A stretch of DNA of 63,567 bases, counting the filler, from Octopus bimaculoides (taxonomy: Eukaryota), in the NCBI RefSeq assembly GCF_001194135.2. It is 3 parts of 3 records of this genome, joined end to end, with 100 filler letters (N's around TTAATTAATTAA, not from the genome) between each part and the next. Parts side by side here need not be neighbours in the genome. Positions count along the whole stretch, not along the records: positions 30,424 to 40,797 come from NC_069000.1; positions 40,898 to 63,567 come from NC_068991.1; 1 more part is not named here. The stretch is one strand, 5' to 3'. A program made the position numbers and the translations under genes. How positions within the stretch are numbered: position 1 is the stretch's first letter; every line of letters begins with the position of its first letter. The notes under the pieces are model-generated. The model was not told the DNA's origin, did no database searches, and saw nothing but the letters and a program-made list of their open reading frames with translations. Of the stretch, positions 37,581-50,162 are shown piece after piece.

Positions 37581-38373
37581 ATGCATATATATATATATAT
37601 ATACATGATGCATATGTTCATATATATATATGTACATATATGTGTGTGTGTGTGCATATATATGTATATGTATGTATGTACACACACACACACACATGCA
37701 CACATAAGCATAGCTTGTAGTCTTTTTTCTGTTTCCAGTCACATATATATTCCACATTATGCAGAAACTTCTATACCAATTCAGTATATATTATAAGTTT
37801 GTAAGTCATCAGACAGAGCTGGTCTACTTTCCTTCTTGCTGTGAACTGAATAACTAAATCACTTAATTGATTTCTCTGTATGTTCTGTTTAAACATTTGT
37901 TTCTCGTAATATATTCTTTTATTCTTTTATTCTTTTATTCTTTCTGTGATTGTTTTCTTTGCTGTTTAGGCACAGGTCAGCCAAGGGCAAACTGACATGT
38001 GGCCAAAGTTATTTCAGCTATAACAATCCTACCCCATTTTCAGACTGGACTATGCAGGACCATCTAGGACCGTGCAGTTATCTTTTTAAGACAGTCAAGT
38101 GTGAGTTGAGGTAGATTTGGTTGCTACTTCTAGCATATTCAATAACCACATAGAAGTACCTTCAGCCATTGAGTTATAGCCATGTTAGGGAATTGAATTC
38201 AAGAATTGTAGGAGATTATATTGGCCCTTACCAGTATTTTGGCTGGTTTTATTTTATTTTCTGATGAAAGAAAGAAGTTGACAATTCGTAATGGAATGTA
38301 AAAGAAATAGAGCTAAATGCTGAATATATTATTTGATTGACGCACCGATTGTACCATCACATGTTGATATATA

Positions 38374-38413
<40 letters not shown>

Positions 38414-38417
<4 letters not shown>

Positions 38418-38527
38418 CGCAGGCGTGGCTGTGTGGTAAGAAGCATGCTTCCCAACCACAAGGTTCCAGGTTCAGTCTCATTGTATGGCACCGTAGGCAA
38501 GTATCTTCTACTGTAGCCTTAGGCCAA
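38414..38527 (+). mobile_element. SINE family A head
   Basis: taggcgcaggcgtggctgtgtggtaag...gtagccttaggccaac. Confidence 0.85.
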
Positions 38528-38962
38528 CTGTACCATGCCATGCCTGTACCATGCCATGCCTGTACCATGCCATACCTGTACCATGCCATANNNNNNNNNN
38601 NNNNNNNNNNNNNNNNNNNNNNNNNNNNNNNNNNNNNNNNNNNNNNNNNNNNNNNNNNNNNNNNNNNNNNNNNNNNNNNNNNNNNNNNNNNNNNNNNNNN
38701 NNNNNNNNNNNNNNNNNNNNNNNNNNNNNNNNNNNNNNNNNNNNNNNNNNNNNNNNNNNNNNNNNNNNNNNNNNNNNNNNNNNNNNNNNNNNNNNNNNNN
38801 NACTGTACCATGCCATGCCTGTACCATGCCATGCCTGTACCATGCCATACCTGTACCATGCCATGCCTGTACCATGCCATGCCTGTACTATGCCATACCT
38901 GTACCATGCCATGCCTGTACCATGCCATGCCTGTACCATGCCATACCTGTACCATGCCATAC
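38528..38962. repeat. 16-bp minisatellite (ctgtaccatgccatRc)n, gapped
   Basis: Direct reading; the 16-aa periodicity in the overlapping spurious ORFs equals three units. Confidence 0.95.
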
Positions 38963-39412
38963 CTAGAGTATAGAAGGAGTTATAATCCAAGCAGTGTACC
39001 AAATTTGTTTCAACACACACACACACACACAAGATCCTTTTTCATTCAGTATAAGGATCTAGTTGTCACATGATTAACTCAGTCTCCCTTTTTTAAATTT
39101 CAAAGGCACACTCGGGGCACATGTCTAATTGATCAGCTGCCAACGATGACTGAAGTTACATTCATAGATATTGTTCTTCATAAGGAACCAACCTTTTAAG
39201 TTGGATGCGGCCAAGACTTCATTCCTCGTGGGGCATTTAATGGATTCAACTCATGTCTCTGTGCTTGCGACACTGCCGTAGCCATTGTGAGTCATCACCT
39301 GTTTACCTTTACAAATATATTACAAATATACAGGCTGCATAATGTATTGAATTGTCTTTTGTTTCGTTTGTATACACACATACAAATGGATGTCCACACC
39401 CATAGAATGAGC

Positions 39413-39454
<42 letters not shown>

Positions 39455-40377
39455 AGNNNNNNNNNNNNNNNNNNNNNNNNNNNNNNNNNNNNNNNNNNNN
39501 NNNNNNNNNNNNNNNNNNNNNNNNNNNNNNNNNNNNNNNNNNNNNNNNNNNNNNNNNNNNNNNNNNNNNNNNNNNNNNNNNNNNNNNNNNNNNNNNNNNN
39601 NNNNNNNNNNNNNNNNNNNNNNNNNNNNNNNNNNNNNNNNNNNNNNNNNNNNNNNNNNNNNNNNNNNNNNNNNNNNNNNNNNNNNNNNNNNNNNNNNNNN
39701 NNNNNNNNNNNNNNNNNNNNNNNNNNNNNNNNNNNNNNNNNNNNNNNNNNNNNNNNNNNNNNNNNNNNNNNNNNNNNNNNNNNNNNNNNNNNNNNNNNNN
39801 NNNNNNNNNNNNNNNNNNNNNNNNNNNNNNNNNNNNNNNNNNNNNNNNNNNNNNNNNNNNNNNNNNNNNNNNNNNNNNNNNNNNNNNNNNNNNNNNNNNN
39901 NNNNNNNNNNNNNNNNNNNNNNNNNNNNNNNNNNNNNNNNNNNNNNNNNNNNNNNNNNNNNNNNNNNNNNNNNNNNNNNNNNNNNNNNNNNNNNNNNNNN
40001 NNNNNNNNNNNNNNNNNNNNNNNNNNNNNNNNNNNNNNNNNNNNNNNNNNNNNNNNNNNNNNNNNNNNNNNNNNNNNNNNNNNNNNNNNNNNNNNNNNNN
40101 NNNNNNNNNNNNNNNNNNNNNNNNNNNNNNNNNNNNNNNNNNNNNNNNNNNNNNNNNNNNNNNNNNNNNNNNNNNNNNNNNNNNNNNNNNNNNNNNNNNN
40201 NNNNNNNNNNNNNNNNNNNNNNNNNNNNNNNNNNNNNNNNNNNNNNNNNNNNNNNNNNNNNNNNNNNNNNNNNNNNNNNNNNNNNNNNNNNNNNNNNNNN
40301 NNNNNNNNNNNNNNNNNNNNNNNNNNNNNNNNNNNNNNNNNNNNNNNNNNNNNNNNNNNNNNNNNNNNNNNNNNNNN

Positions 40378-40420
<43 letters not shown>

Positions 40421-40841
40421 AAATATGGACATGCATACATACAAAGATGTAAATGTACACATACATGCACACACCATTAGGTGTATTTATATATACACAC
40501 AAGTATCTGTGAGGGTGTACATATGTATATATGTACACTTTTATGCTGACCTATAAATACACGCAAATACACAATCACACATATGTAGGTATACTTATGC
40601 ATATACTTATGCACAAACAATCAAACAGACACACACAAGACACACAGACACGCACACACACGCACACACACACACACACACAACACACAGATATTCACAC
40701 TTCTCCAAAAATATATACACATAAATAAATATATGAAGCTACACAGATGTACATACAGATATACGCTTAACATATACTACTCGTAAATAACACGCACNNN
40801 NNNNNNNNNNNNNNNNNNNNNNNNNNNNNNNNNNNNNNNNN

Positions 40842-40853
40842 TTAATTAATTAA
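40842..40853. other. Assembly linker TTAATTAATTAA inside an N gap
   Basis: As at 30368-30379. Confidence 0.9.
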
Positions 40854-40924
40854 NNNNNNNNNNNNNNNNNNNNNNNNNNNNNNNNNNNNNNNNNNNNCAC
40901 ACACACACACACACACACACACAC

Positions 40925-40957
<33 letters not shown>

Positions 40958-40994
40958 TTATATATATATATACATATACATATATATATATATG

Positions 40995-41162
40995 TACGAT
41001 GGGCTTCTTTCAGTTTCCGTCTACCAAATCCACTCACACGGCTTTGGTCGGCCCGAGGATATAGTAGAAGACACTTGCGCAAGGTGGAACGCAATGGGAC
41101 TGAACCCGGAACTATGTGGTTGGTAAGCAAGCTATTTACCTCACAGCCACTCCTGCGCCTAT
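40995..41162 (-). mobile_element. SINE family A 5' half
   Basis: Colinear with 10875-11043. Confidence 0.85.
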
Positions 41163-41553
41163 GGCCACTTCTGGTCCTTGTGTTTTCAACTTTTGATGGA
41201 CCAGTAGGGTATTGTAACATACGGTGTTTTGATGTATTTTGCACCTGTCAAAGTCTAGTGCTCTCCAGGTGTAAGCAGAACCACTTCTACCCTGAGAAAG
41301 AGAGACAAAATTGAATTGCTAGACGAATGAAGTGGCACGTTATCGATCCTGAAAGATCAAAGTCTAGACTGAAATCGGCGGTATAAGAACCCAAATCGCG
41401 CAAAGACTGGATAAACACTGCAATACTTTCCGTGCTACACTATAACGATATGAAGTCGGCAGCGCATACTGCCCTTGAACAAGGCACTTCATTTACCCTA
41501 CTTCAGCTTACTAAGCTGAAAATGATACTACCCTAGCACTGGTTAGCATCCCA

Positions 41554-41601
<48 letters not shown>

Positions 41602-41619
41602 TCCATCCATCTGTCGCAC

Positions 41620-41679
41620 CCTCGACATTCCTGGGTTAAGTGCTGGAAAACCGAGAAGAGTCTACGTGTCTGCTCGTGC
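41620..41679 (-). CDS. Candidate 60-nt symmetric exon upstream of the SAM exon (xHEQTRRLFSVFQHLTQECRx)
   Basis: Acceptor tttaactccctacag, weaker donor AGG|gtgcga. Only the phase 2-2 frame is open. Confidence 0.4.
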
Positions 41680-41883
41680 CTGTAGGGAGTTAAATGTGTC
41701 AAGTTTAGTTAAACGTATCAAGTTTCCTCCTTATTTCATATAATAAACTACTCAAAAGGTTTACTCAGAGACGCTGTTCGCATGAAAACTAGTAGTTAGG
41801 TTCGTGTTAACGTAAGCAGTTCTCTGAGCATTGTGAAGAATTTATGTAGAAAAAGACTAATGGTTCGTATTGTTTTAGACTTT

Positions 41884-42296
41884 AAGGTGGCAAGTTGACA
41901 GAATCGTTAGCAGACCGGGCGAAATGCTTAACAGTATTTCGTCTGTCTTTGCGTTCTGAGTTCAAATTCCGTCGAGGTCGACTTTGCCTTTCAGCTATTC
42001 AGGGTCGATGGATTGAGTACCAGATGCGTACTGGAGTCGATCTAATCGACTGACCCCCTCCCAAAAAATTTCGGGCCTTGTGGCTAGAGTAGAAAAGAAT
42101 CGTTAGCACACTGGGCAAAATGCTTAGCGGTATTTCGTCTGTCTTTACGTTCTGAGTTCAAATTCCACCGAGGTCGACTTTATTTTTCACCCTTTCGGGG
42201 TCGATAAAATAAGTACCGATTGAACACTGGTTTGATGTAATCAACTCATCCCTTCCTGGAAATTGCTGGCCTTGTACCATAATTTGAAACCAATAT
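41884..42296 (+). mobile_element. Two tandem SINE family B copies
   Basis: gaatcgttagca...gttctgagttcaaattcc...gaggtcgacttt occurs at about 41900 and again at 42097. Confidence 0.85.
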
Positions 42297-42795
42297 TATT
42301 TTAGGTTTTCTTCCGCAAGCGGACAGGACTTCCGAGTAATTTATTTGGTTGCATAGAATTTACTTAAGATTATTGAAATGAAGTTCTCCAGTAAATTAGT
42401 AAATTACTATTTGTAAATCTCACAACGAGAGATATTCAGCAACAGTACTTTGGAGTAAAGATTGTTTGCCAACATTACATGGCAGTCCTGGTTTAGGATG
42501 AATGTTGCCGTAATTTAGCCCCAGGAAACATCGTCTCCAGCTGGCTATACGACACGATCTGAGTCCTTATATTTTCGAACAAGGGAATGTCTCCTGAGGA
42601 TGTCTCCTGAAGTTTTTCACTTCACTTCTTGAATGGCCGCGGTGACTCAGCGGAGTTTTTTCGCTTTATGACGGATTTTGATTTTCGTCATAGTGTCCAA
42701 CAAAGACCATCCTCCTTATCAAACAGACTTGGCAGTCGACGACGTCTCGACCATGCGACAGGTCACTCTGTGTTACGTACCATATACATACATAC

Positions 42796-43088
42796 CTGTA
42801 ATTATTGGGGCCCTGAGACATGTAATACACTGCCAAAATACCAATCTTGAGAAACTAGGCTTCCCAAAACTAGAAAGAAGAAAGCTAATTCGAAGGCTAC
42901 AGATCCAATCCATCACTGGAACTGTAAAACTTTCCAGAAGTTTATCATTTAAATATATATGAGCATGTCTAGATATGCAACTATATGCACGAGAATACAT
43001 ATACATACATACATTCGACGTAGTATTTAAAAGTTCCCGGATAAGTTCTGTGGTGAAACTAATACTGGTGGAACACCACAATAAAAAC
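42796..43088 (+). mobile_element. 3' end of an RLE-type (R4/Dong-like) non-LTR retrotransposon
   Basis: PVIIGALRHVIHCQNTNLEKLGFPKLERRKLIRRLQIQSITGTVK, then a frameshift to TFQKFII*, followed by a 3'UTR ending aataaaaac. Confidence 0.7.
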
Positions 43089-43089
43089 A

Positions 43090-43400
43090 TCATTTCCGTG
43101 AAAACATAGCAGACCTGATGTTGCTTTGTGAGACAGGGAACAAAAGTCGTGCACTGTTTTAGAGGTCAGCTGCCCCATGGAGGTGAATGTGTTATATTTA
43201 AAAGTCCAGAAAAAAAGAGAACATTTATGGCGAATTAATGCAGAACTTACGGCCCTTTTACCCTGACTATGAACTCTCATTTGTATCTATCATCATAGGT
43301 GCCTTAGGCTATGTACCAAAAAACTTTCACAGAAATCTAGAAATACTCGGCTTCACGGAGAAGTGCAAAAAAAAAAACTGACGCGGATTCTCCAAATCTA
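43090..43400 (+). mobile_element. Second, diverged RLE-domain fragment (R4/Dong-like)
   Basis: KHSRPDVAL*DREQKSCTVLEVSCP (PD..E restriction-like endonuclease core), then after a frameshift NIYGELMQNLRPFYPDYELSFVSIIIGALGYVPKNFHRNLEILGF, paralogous to the preceding fragment. Confidence 0.75.
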
Positions 43401-43530
43401 ATCTATTAGTGGCACAGTGAAGATTTGTAAGACATTCGAAAAATTCTCTATTTGAGACTCTTTTGTGAATAGATACACACTTAGGTGCATGCTTCCACAG
43501 TTAAACCAACATACCATACATATATACATA

Positions 43531-43564
<34 letters not shown>

Positions 43565-44058
43565 CATACATACATACATACATAGACGATGAAGTTTCCC
43601 ACCAAACGCACGTTTGCGACTTTATTGTTGTGTAGCGTTATGGCATTGATGGCGTGTGTTTCGAGTATTCATCAACATCCGTGATTTCAAGTAAGACACT
43701 TGATTTCATTAACAGCTATTTTACATCCATTTTCTATCTCTTTCCTATCTAATTCTACCGTATTTTGAGGTTAAAGATTCATTGAAAACCAAGAGGAACA
43801 ACTATGAGATTTTTTGCTTTTTTTTTTTTTTTGGTTAACAAATTCGCCATAAAAGACCAGCAAAAAAAAACATTCTACGAATATACAAATTCACGAAAAT
43901 GGCCGCTCCAAAGCAGCCTTTTCTTTCTTTCCTTCTTTCTTTCTTCTGCTTCTTCTTCTTCTTCTTCTTCTTCTTCTTCTNNNNNNNNNNNNNNNNNNNN
44001 NNNNNNNNNNNNNNNNNNNNNNNNNNNNNNNNNNNNNNNNNNNNNNNNNNNNNNNNNN

Positions 44059-44109
<51 letters not shown>

Positions 44110-44622
44110 CTTTTGTTGCTGTTGTCTTGTCCTTCAAAGTTCTGGTGTGAGTTGGCTTAAGTGAAAAGAAATAAAATGGCGGATACAAAAGCTAATTTAA
44201 GATTAGTTGAGATTGAGTATTTCCAATGCTGGATCAATGTTCTTCTTTGTTTTTTTCTTTATTTCCTTCTTTCTATTCTTCTTTTAGTTTAGGGTTAGGT
44301 TTTACCATTTGTCCTTGTCTGTTCAGATACAAAAAAAAAAAGAAAAGAAAAATGGAAAGAAAAAAAAGGGGATTATGTTGTTATTTTATTCCGGACAATA
44401 AAACCATTTGCGTCTTGTTTCGTTGGAAGGCACTGTCGGAAATTGTTTGAAGAGTTAATACCAGGTGAGCCAGAATTATCGCGTCCAGAATTCTAAGTGA
44501 CCATTAGAGGGCACCATTTTGTATACATCCCTGACATATATCATTCCTAATGTCTTAGTTTCCTTTATTCATTTTGTGTTGTTGTTGTTGTTGTTGTTGT
44601 TGTCGTCGCTGCTGCTGCTGTT

Positions 44623-44842
44623 AAGCTGGCGAGCTGACAGAATCGTTAGCACGCCGAGCGGAATGCTTAGAAGCATTCCATCCGTCTTTACGTTCTAAGT
44701 TCAAATTCTGCCGAGATCGGCTTTGCCTTTTTTCCTTTCAAGGTCGATAAAATAAGTACCAGTTGAAAACTGGAGTCGATGTAATCAACTTATCCCCCAA
44801 CCCCCACCCCACCCTCACCCCTCAAACTTGCTGGCCTTGTGC
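44623..44842 (+). mobile_element. SINE family B
   Basis: ggcgagctgacagaatcgttagcacgccgagc...gctggccttgtgc. Confidence 0.85.
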
Positions 44843-45290
44843 NNNNNNNNNNNNNNNNNNNNNNNNNNNNNNNNNNNNNNNNNNNNNNNNNNNNNNNNNN
44901 NNNNNNNNNNNNNNNNNNNNNNNNNNNNNNNNNNNNNNNNNNNNNNNNNNNNNNNNNNNNNNNNNNNNNNNNNNNNNNNNNNNNNNNNNNNNNNNNNNNN
45001 NNNNNNNNNNNNNNNNNNNNNNNNNNNNNNNNNNNNNNNNNNNNNNNNNNNNNNNNNNNNNNNNNNNNNNNNNNNNNNNNNNNNNNNNNNNNNNNNNNNN
45101 NNNNNNNNNNNNNNNNNNNNNNNNNNNNNNNNNNNNNNNNNNNNNNNNNNNNNNNNNNNNNNNNNNNNNNNNNNNNNNNNNNNNNNNNNNNNNNNNNNNN
45201 NNNNNNNNNNNNNNNNNNNNNNNNNNNNNNNNNNNNNNNNNNNNNNNNNNNNNNNNNNNNNNNNNNNNNNNNNNNNNNNNNNNNNNNNNN

Positions 45291-45540
45291 AACGGCCAGT
45301 GTGAAAGGACCAATTCTGGGCATGCACCTGTGAAAAAAAGAAGAAAGACGCCCGTGGTTTTTATGGGGTTTTCCGCGAGGACCTTAAAGCACTTCCCCTA
45401 TTGGGAATTTAAATTTTTTTTTTTCTTGTTACATTGTGTACACGCAAAAACCCATTGTATCGTCCTGTTTTTGTCTTTTATGTTGTTGCATGTCTTTTAA
45501 TGTAATTTTATGTGAGCCCTTGTGGCTAATAAAAGAATGA
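45291..45540 (+). mobile_element. L1/Tx1-like LINE 3' end (ORF2 terminus and 3'UTR)
   Basis: TASVKGPILGMHL* followed by a UTR ending gagcccttgtggctaataaaagaa. UTR is similar to 59388-59610 (-). Confidence 0.55.
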
Positions 45541-45571
45541 ATTATTATTATTATTATTATTGTTGTTGTTA

Positions 45572-45795
45572 CTGGTTCGAGATAAACTCTACAAGCACGG
45601 ATGTGCTGTGAGACGGGCTTGTCCGATGTGCACGCATAGTGACGAAACCGCGCAGCCCGCCCTCGTTCCGTGTCCGGGCATTGCTGACTTGTGGAGTTGT
45701 GTCGAATAGCTGCTGTCACATGTGGGACGGATCCGTTTGTCGACCGAGTCTGTAGTGATGATCACACTTCCAACCTCATTCAATCGGGCAGGCAA
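45572..45795 (+). mobile_element. L1/Tx1 ORF2 C-terminal zinc-binding (zf-RVT) fragment
   Basis: LVRDKLYKHGCAVRRACPMCTHSDETAQPALVPCPGIADLWSCVE*LL matches the L.....CP.C....ET..H.L..C.....LW pattern, with H mutated to P and an internal stop. Confidence 0.75.
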
Positions 45796-46036
45796 GTCAG
45801 GTACCCTTTGCCTGGTACCCTTTGCCTACTTCTGCTCATGATCAGAGATGCACATATCGTTAGCCACCAAGGGACATGCTCAACTGGTTAAGGTGAAACA
45901 ACTGACAAGCAAATCTATGGTATTAAGCAGAATATTTACTGTAGCCCATCTTTTATACCATGACAAAACAATGTACATGATAACACTTCCAATCAATTGT
46001 TCCCCAACTATTTCTGCTCATGATCAGAGATGCATA

Positions 46037-46090
<54 letters not shown>

Positions 46091-46092
46091 CA

Positions 46093-46205
<113 letters not shown>

Positions 46206-47309
46206 ATTATCATTATTATTGCTGTTGTTGTCATAATTTGTTTTTTGTTGCTGTTGTTTACGACGCTGACCACGACGTTGACCACGACAATGACGATGAT
46301 AATGATGTTGCTGATAATGATGATGCTGTTTAGCCCTGGGTCAGACCGGATCATCCAGACCTGTGATCAAAGATATTCCAGATGCGACCACATCTTTTAT
46401 TTTTGTCTATGAGCAGTAGGCAAACCAGGGTTACATTATCAAACGTGTCGAGTTTTGCAGACGTTAGAGGAAGATTTAAGGAAATTTCGCTGCTATTTCT
46501 TGGAATTCAGTCGACCATGTAAAGTCTCTTCTATTTTATATGCGTTTGTGTGTGAATTTCATATTTTATTGGCGTTTTGTGTGTCTATAATCGCGTGTGT
46601 GTATGTGTGTGTGTGTGTGTGTGTGCGTGTGTGTGTGTGTGCGCGCGTATGTGCATGCATATGTGTAGCAGCAATGTGTGTCCGTATTTTTGTTCATGTG
46701 TGTGTATATGTGTGTTTGTTTGTGTCTGTGTGAGTGTGTATGTGTTTGCGTGCGTGTATGTGTGAATATGTATAGAAATCAGTGTAATGTATGTGCCTCT
46801 GTGTGGTGTGCACACGTGTGTGTCTGTGTGTGTGTGAGTGTGTGCGCGCGAGCTTGTATGCGTGCATGTTTGTAGTTGGCTATGCCGAAGAATAATTGCC
46901 TGCATGTAAATGGCATGTGAGCGTATGGATGTATATGTGTGTGTGTTCCTCTCAGTGTGTGTGTGCGTGTGTGTGTTTCTCTGTGTGTGTGTGTGTGTGT
47001 GTGTGTGTTCCTCTGTGTATGTGTGTGTGTGTGTTTGTGTTTGCAACACTCAACGTTCGATTCAATTACAGGAATTACTATGTGACTTAAACAGTGAAGA
47101 CAGTTGTCTTTTGGTTGGATAATTTGTGTCATGTGTTAATGTACGACATTTGATGTCGTTTCTAGAAACTTCCCTCAATGTCGTTTGTAATCCATGTGAA
47201 CGGTAAAGGGGTGGGGGAGGACATGAATAGGAGAAAACGTCACATTACTTTCATTTTGGTTCTTTTACCAAATTAACATAGTAACACAGTAACACCATAT
47301 GTTAATAAT

Positions 47310-47560
47310 GGTTTCAAATTTTGGCACAACGCCAGCAATTTTGGAAGAGGGTGGCGAGTCGGTTGCATCGACCCCAGTGTTCAACTGGTACTTATTTTAT
47401 CGACCCTGAAAGAATAAATGGTAAAATCTTTGTAAGCCTAGCAGTTATTCTACCGGTCTCTTTTTTTTTTGCCGAACCGCTCGGTTACGAGGACGTAAAT
47501 ACACCAACCACGGTTGTCATGCGACGGTGGGGGGACAAACACAGACACACAAACATGCAT
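47310..47560 (-). mobile_element. SINE B 3' part (47310-47420) abutting a SINE A 3' part (47430-47560)
   Basis: Matches to other in-window copies. Confidence 0.75.
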
Positions 47561-48496
47561 ACATATCTATATTATCGCTCGTTTTTACAATTTGAATTTT
47601 TTGGGGCGTTCTTATCTGCATTCCTCTAGTAAAGAATTGTAAAGAGCTTAACAAAAATAAAAGTGTGACTATAGAGATATAGGTAAAAAAAACAAACTCC
47701 AACCATTAGCAAACCCCTTCTTATACTGACCGTGCTGCTTACAGGTTGTATTTGCAAAATACGTGTTAGCTGGTCGCGTGTTTGCATAATAAAAAACCCA
47801 GTTGTTCGAGTTTGCTATTTAGGTACTATTTAGTATTGCTACGTGCAACTACGATTTTAGCTTAAAATAAATTTATAATCTGTGCATTGAAACGAAATGT
47901 TTCAAAGAAGTTGACTATCAAATATGAATACTTCATAAATAGTTTCTGGAGTTCTTGTTGCTAAGTTCAGTTGTCTCACTTCATTGTAAATATTTCCCAT
48001 AGAGGTTTTATACTCGATGGTTGTTCGAAAAGAATGCACAACGGAGCATAACTTTTTTTTTAATTGACACTTCGTTCAAATTTCACATGACGGCAATACA
48101 GCGCTTCCTCTGTACAAAGTTACTTCTCAACGAAATATGCAACATAAGCGATGCTTCTGCCCTTCTCTGTGCCATCAAATCATTGTCCTCGTAGACAGTC
48201 CTTTATTGGACCGAACACACTAATGTCAAGGGCACCAGAACCGGACTATAGCGTGGATAGGAAAACAATAAGCGTCCCGTTTTGCCGATTTTGACATTTT
48301 TTTCTTGGCCTTTTTTTTTTTTTTTTTTTNNNNNNNNNNTTTTTTTTTTTTTTTTTTTGCTTTTACTTGATTTCTTGCAAAAAATGTGTAACTGCGTAAT
48401 GTCATGGCGAATGTGGATCATTTTCAGATTCTTATTCTCTTCCTCTTAACAGCTTCTCTAAACTTTGTCAGTGTTTTAATGTATTTCCGTATTGTA

Positions 48497-48697
48497 AAGC
48501 GGCGAGCTGGCGGAATCGTTAGCACGCCGGGTAGATAGCTTAGCGGCATTTAGTCTGAGTTCAAATTCCCCCGAGGTTAACTTTGCATTTCATACTTTCG
48601 GGGTCGATGAAATACGTACCGATCGAGTACTGGGGACGATGTAATCCACTTACCCCCTCTCCCGAAATTGCTGGTCTTGAGTCAAAATTAAAACCCA
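48497..48697 (+). mobile_element. SINE family B, full length
   Basis: aagcggcgagctggcggaatcgttagcacgccggg...gctggtcttgagtcaaaatt. Confidence 0.85.
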
Positions 48698-48857
48698 ATA
48701 TTTACACGCTATCATTCATAGCTTTATCTACTTCGAATCCCCCCACTTCCAACAACGGATTATTTCACATTCTAATATTTAAAAATTCTTATGACATCAC
48801 CAGATTACATACACACACACACACACACATAAATATACATATATATATATATGTAAC

Positions 48858-49135
48858 TCGACTCCCTCAGTCACGAATGACCATGGGGTACGAGTCTGGG
48901 CAGAAAATCGCCGACCTCCCCTCTCCACGCCGCCGATGTTATCCAAACGAAAGGCAAAGGGGCCGATACACCTTGGCACCTGTGACGTCGCAACTCATTT
49001 CTACAGCTGAGTGAACTGGAACAACGTGAAATAAAGTGCTCAAGAACACAACACACAGCCCGGTCCGGGAATCGAACTCACAAACCTCACGACTGTAAGC
49101 TCCACGCTCTAACCATTGAGCCATGCGCCTTCACT
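48858..49135 (-). mobile_element. SINE family C head with an alternative body
   Basis: Clear A box tggctcaatgg and B box gttcgattc. After cactcagctg the body differs from 4021-4340. Confidence 0.8.
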
Positions 49136-50009
49136 ATATNNNNNNNNNNNNNNNNNNNNNNNNNNNNNNNNNNNNNNNNNNNNNNNNNNNNNNNNNNNNN
49201 NNNNNNNNNNNNNNNNNNNNNNNNNNNNNNNNNNNNNNNNNNNNNNNNNNNNNNNNNNNNNNNNNNNNNNNNNNNNNNNNNNNNNNNNNNNNNNNNNNNN
49301 NNNNNNNNNNNNNNNNNNNNNNNNNNNNNNNNNNNNNNNNNNNNNNNNNNNNNNNNNNNNNNNNNNNNNNNNNNNNNNNNNNNNNNNNNNNNNNNNNNNN
49401 NNNNNNNNNNNNNNNNNNNNNNNNNNNNNNNNNNNNNNNNNNNNNNNNNNNNNNNNNNNNNNNNNNNNNNNNNNNNNNNNNNNNNNNNNNNNNNNNNNNN
49501 NNNNNNNNNNNNNNNNNNNNNNNNNNNNNNNNNNNNNNNNNNNNNNNNNNNNNNNNNNNNNNNNNNNNNNNNNNNNNNNNNNNNNNNNNNNNNNNNNNNN
49601 NNNNNNNNNNNNNNNNNNNNNNNNNNNNNNNNNNNNNNNNNNNNNNNNNNNNNNNNNNNNNNNNNNNNNNNNNNNNNNNNNNNNNNNNNNNNNNNNNNNN
49701 NNNNNNNNNNNNNNNNNNNNNNNNNNNNNNNNNNNNNNNNNNNNNNNNNNNNNNNNNNNNNNNNNNNNNNNNNNNNNNNNNNNNNNNNNNNNNNNNNNNN
49801 NNNNNNNNNNNNNNNNNNNNNNNNNNNNNNNNNNNNNNNNNNNNNNNNNNNNNNNNNNNNNNNNNNNNNNNNNNNNNNNNNNNNNNNNNNNNNNNNNNNN
49901 NNNNNNNNNNNNNNNNNNNNNNNNNNNNNNNNNNNNNNNNNNNNNNNNNNNNNNNNNNNNNNNNNNNNNNNNNNNNNNNNNNNNNNNNNNNNNNNNNNNN
50001 NNNNNNNNN

Positions 50010-50162
50010 GGCGATAACCGTGCAATGACTAACGAAAATAGTGTAATAACGGGGCATATAAGCCCTCGGCCACGCGCAAAGGAAAGCCTTCTTTTTTTCC
50101 TGTCGAAGGCTTATATGCCCCGTTATTAGACTATTTTCCTTATTCATTGCACGGTTATCGCC
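50010..50162. mobile_element. Foldback/MITE-like inverted repeat; left end lost in a gap
   Basis: 59-bp arms (50010-50068, 50104-50162) with 4 mismatches and a 35-bp spacer. Confidence 0.75.

Noticed and set aside
38508-39073. Repetitive ORFs MVQAWHGTGMAWYR... and regularly spaced repeats suggestive of CRISPR
   Set aside because: A spacer-less 16-bp minisatellite in eukaryotic DNA.
39160-39298. Minus-strand MATAVSQAQRHELNPL... with a good Kozak context
   Set aside because: A stop occurs before any usable donor; could be UTR but is unsupported.
49060-49135. tRNA gene
   Set aside because: The A/B boxes belong to a SINE head that continues into a repeated body; no full cloverleaf or T-run terminator.
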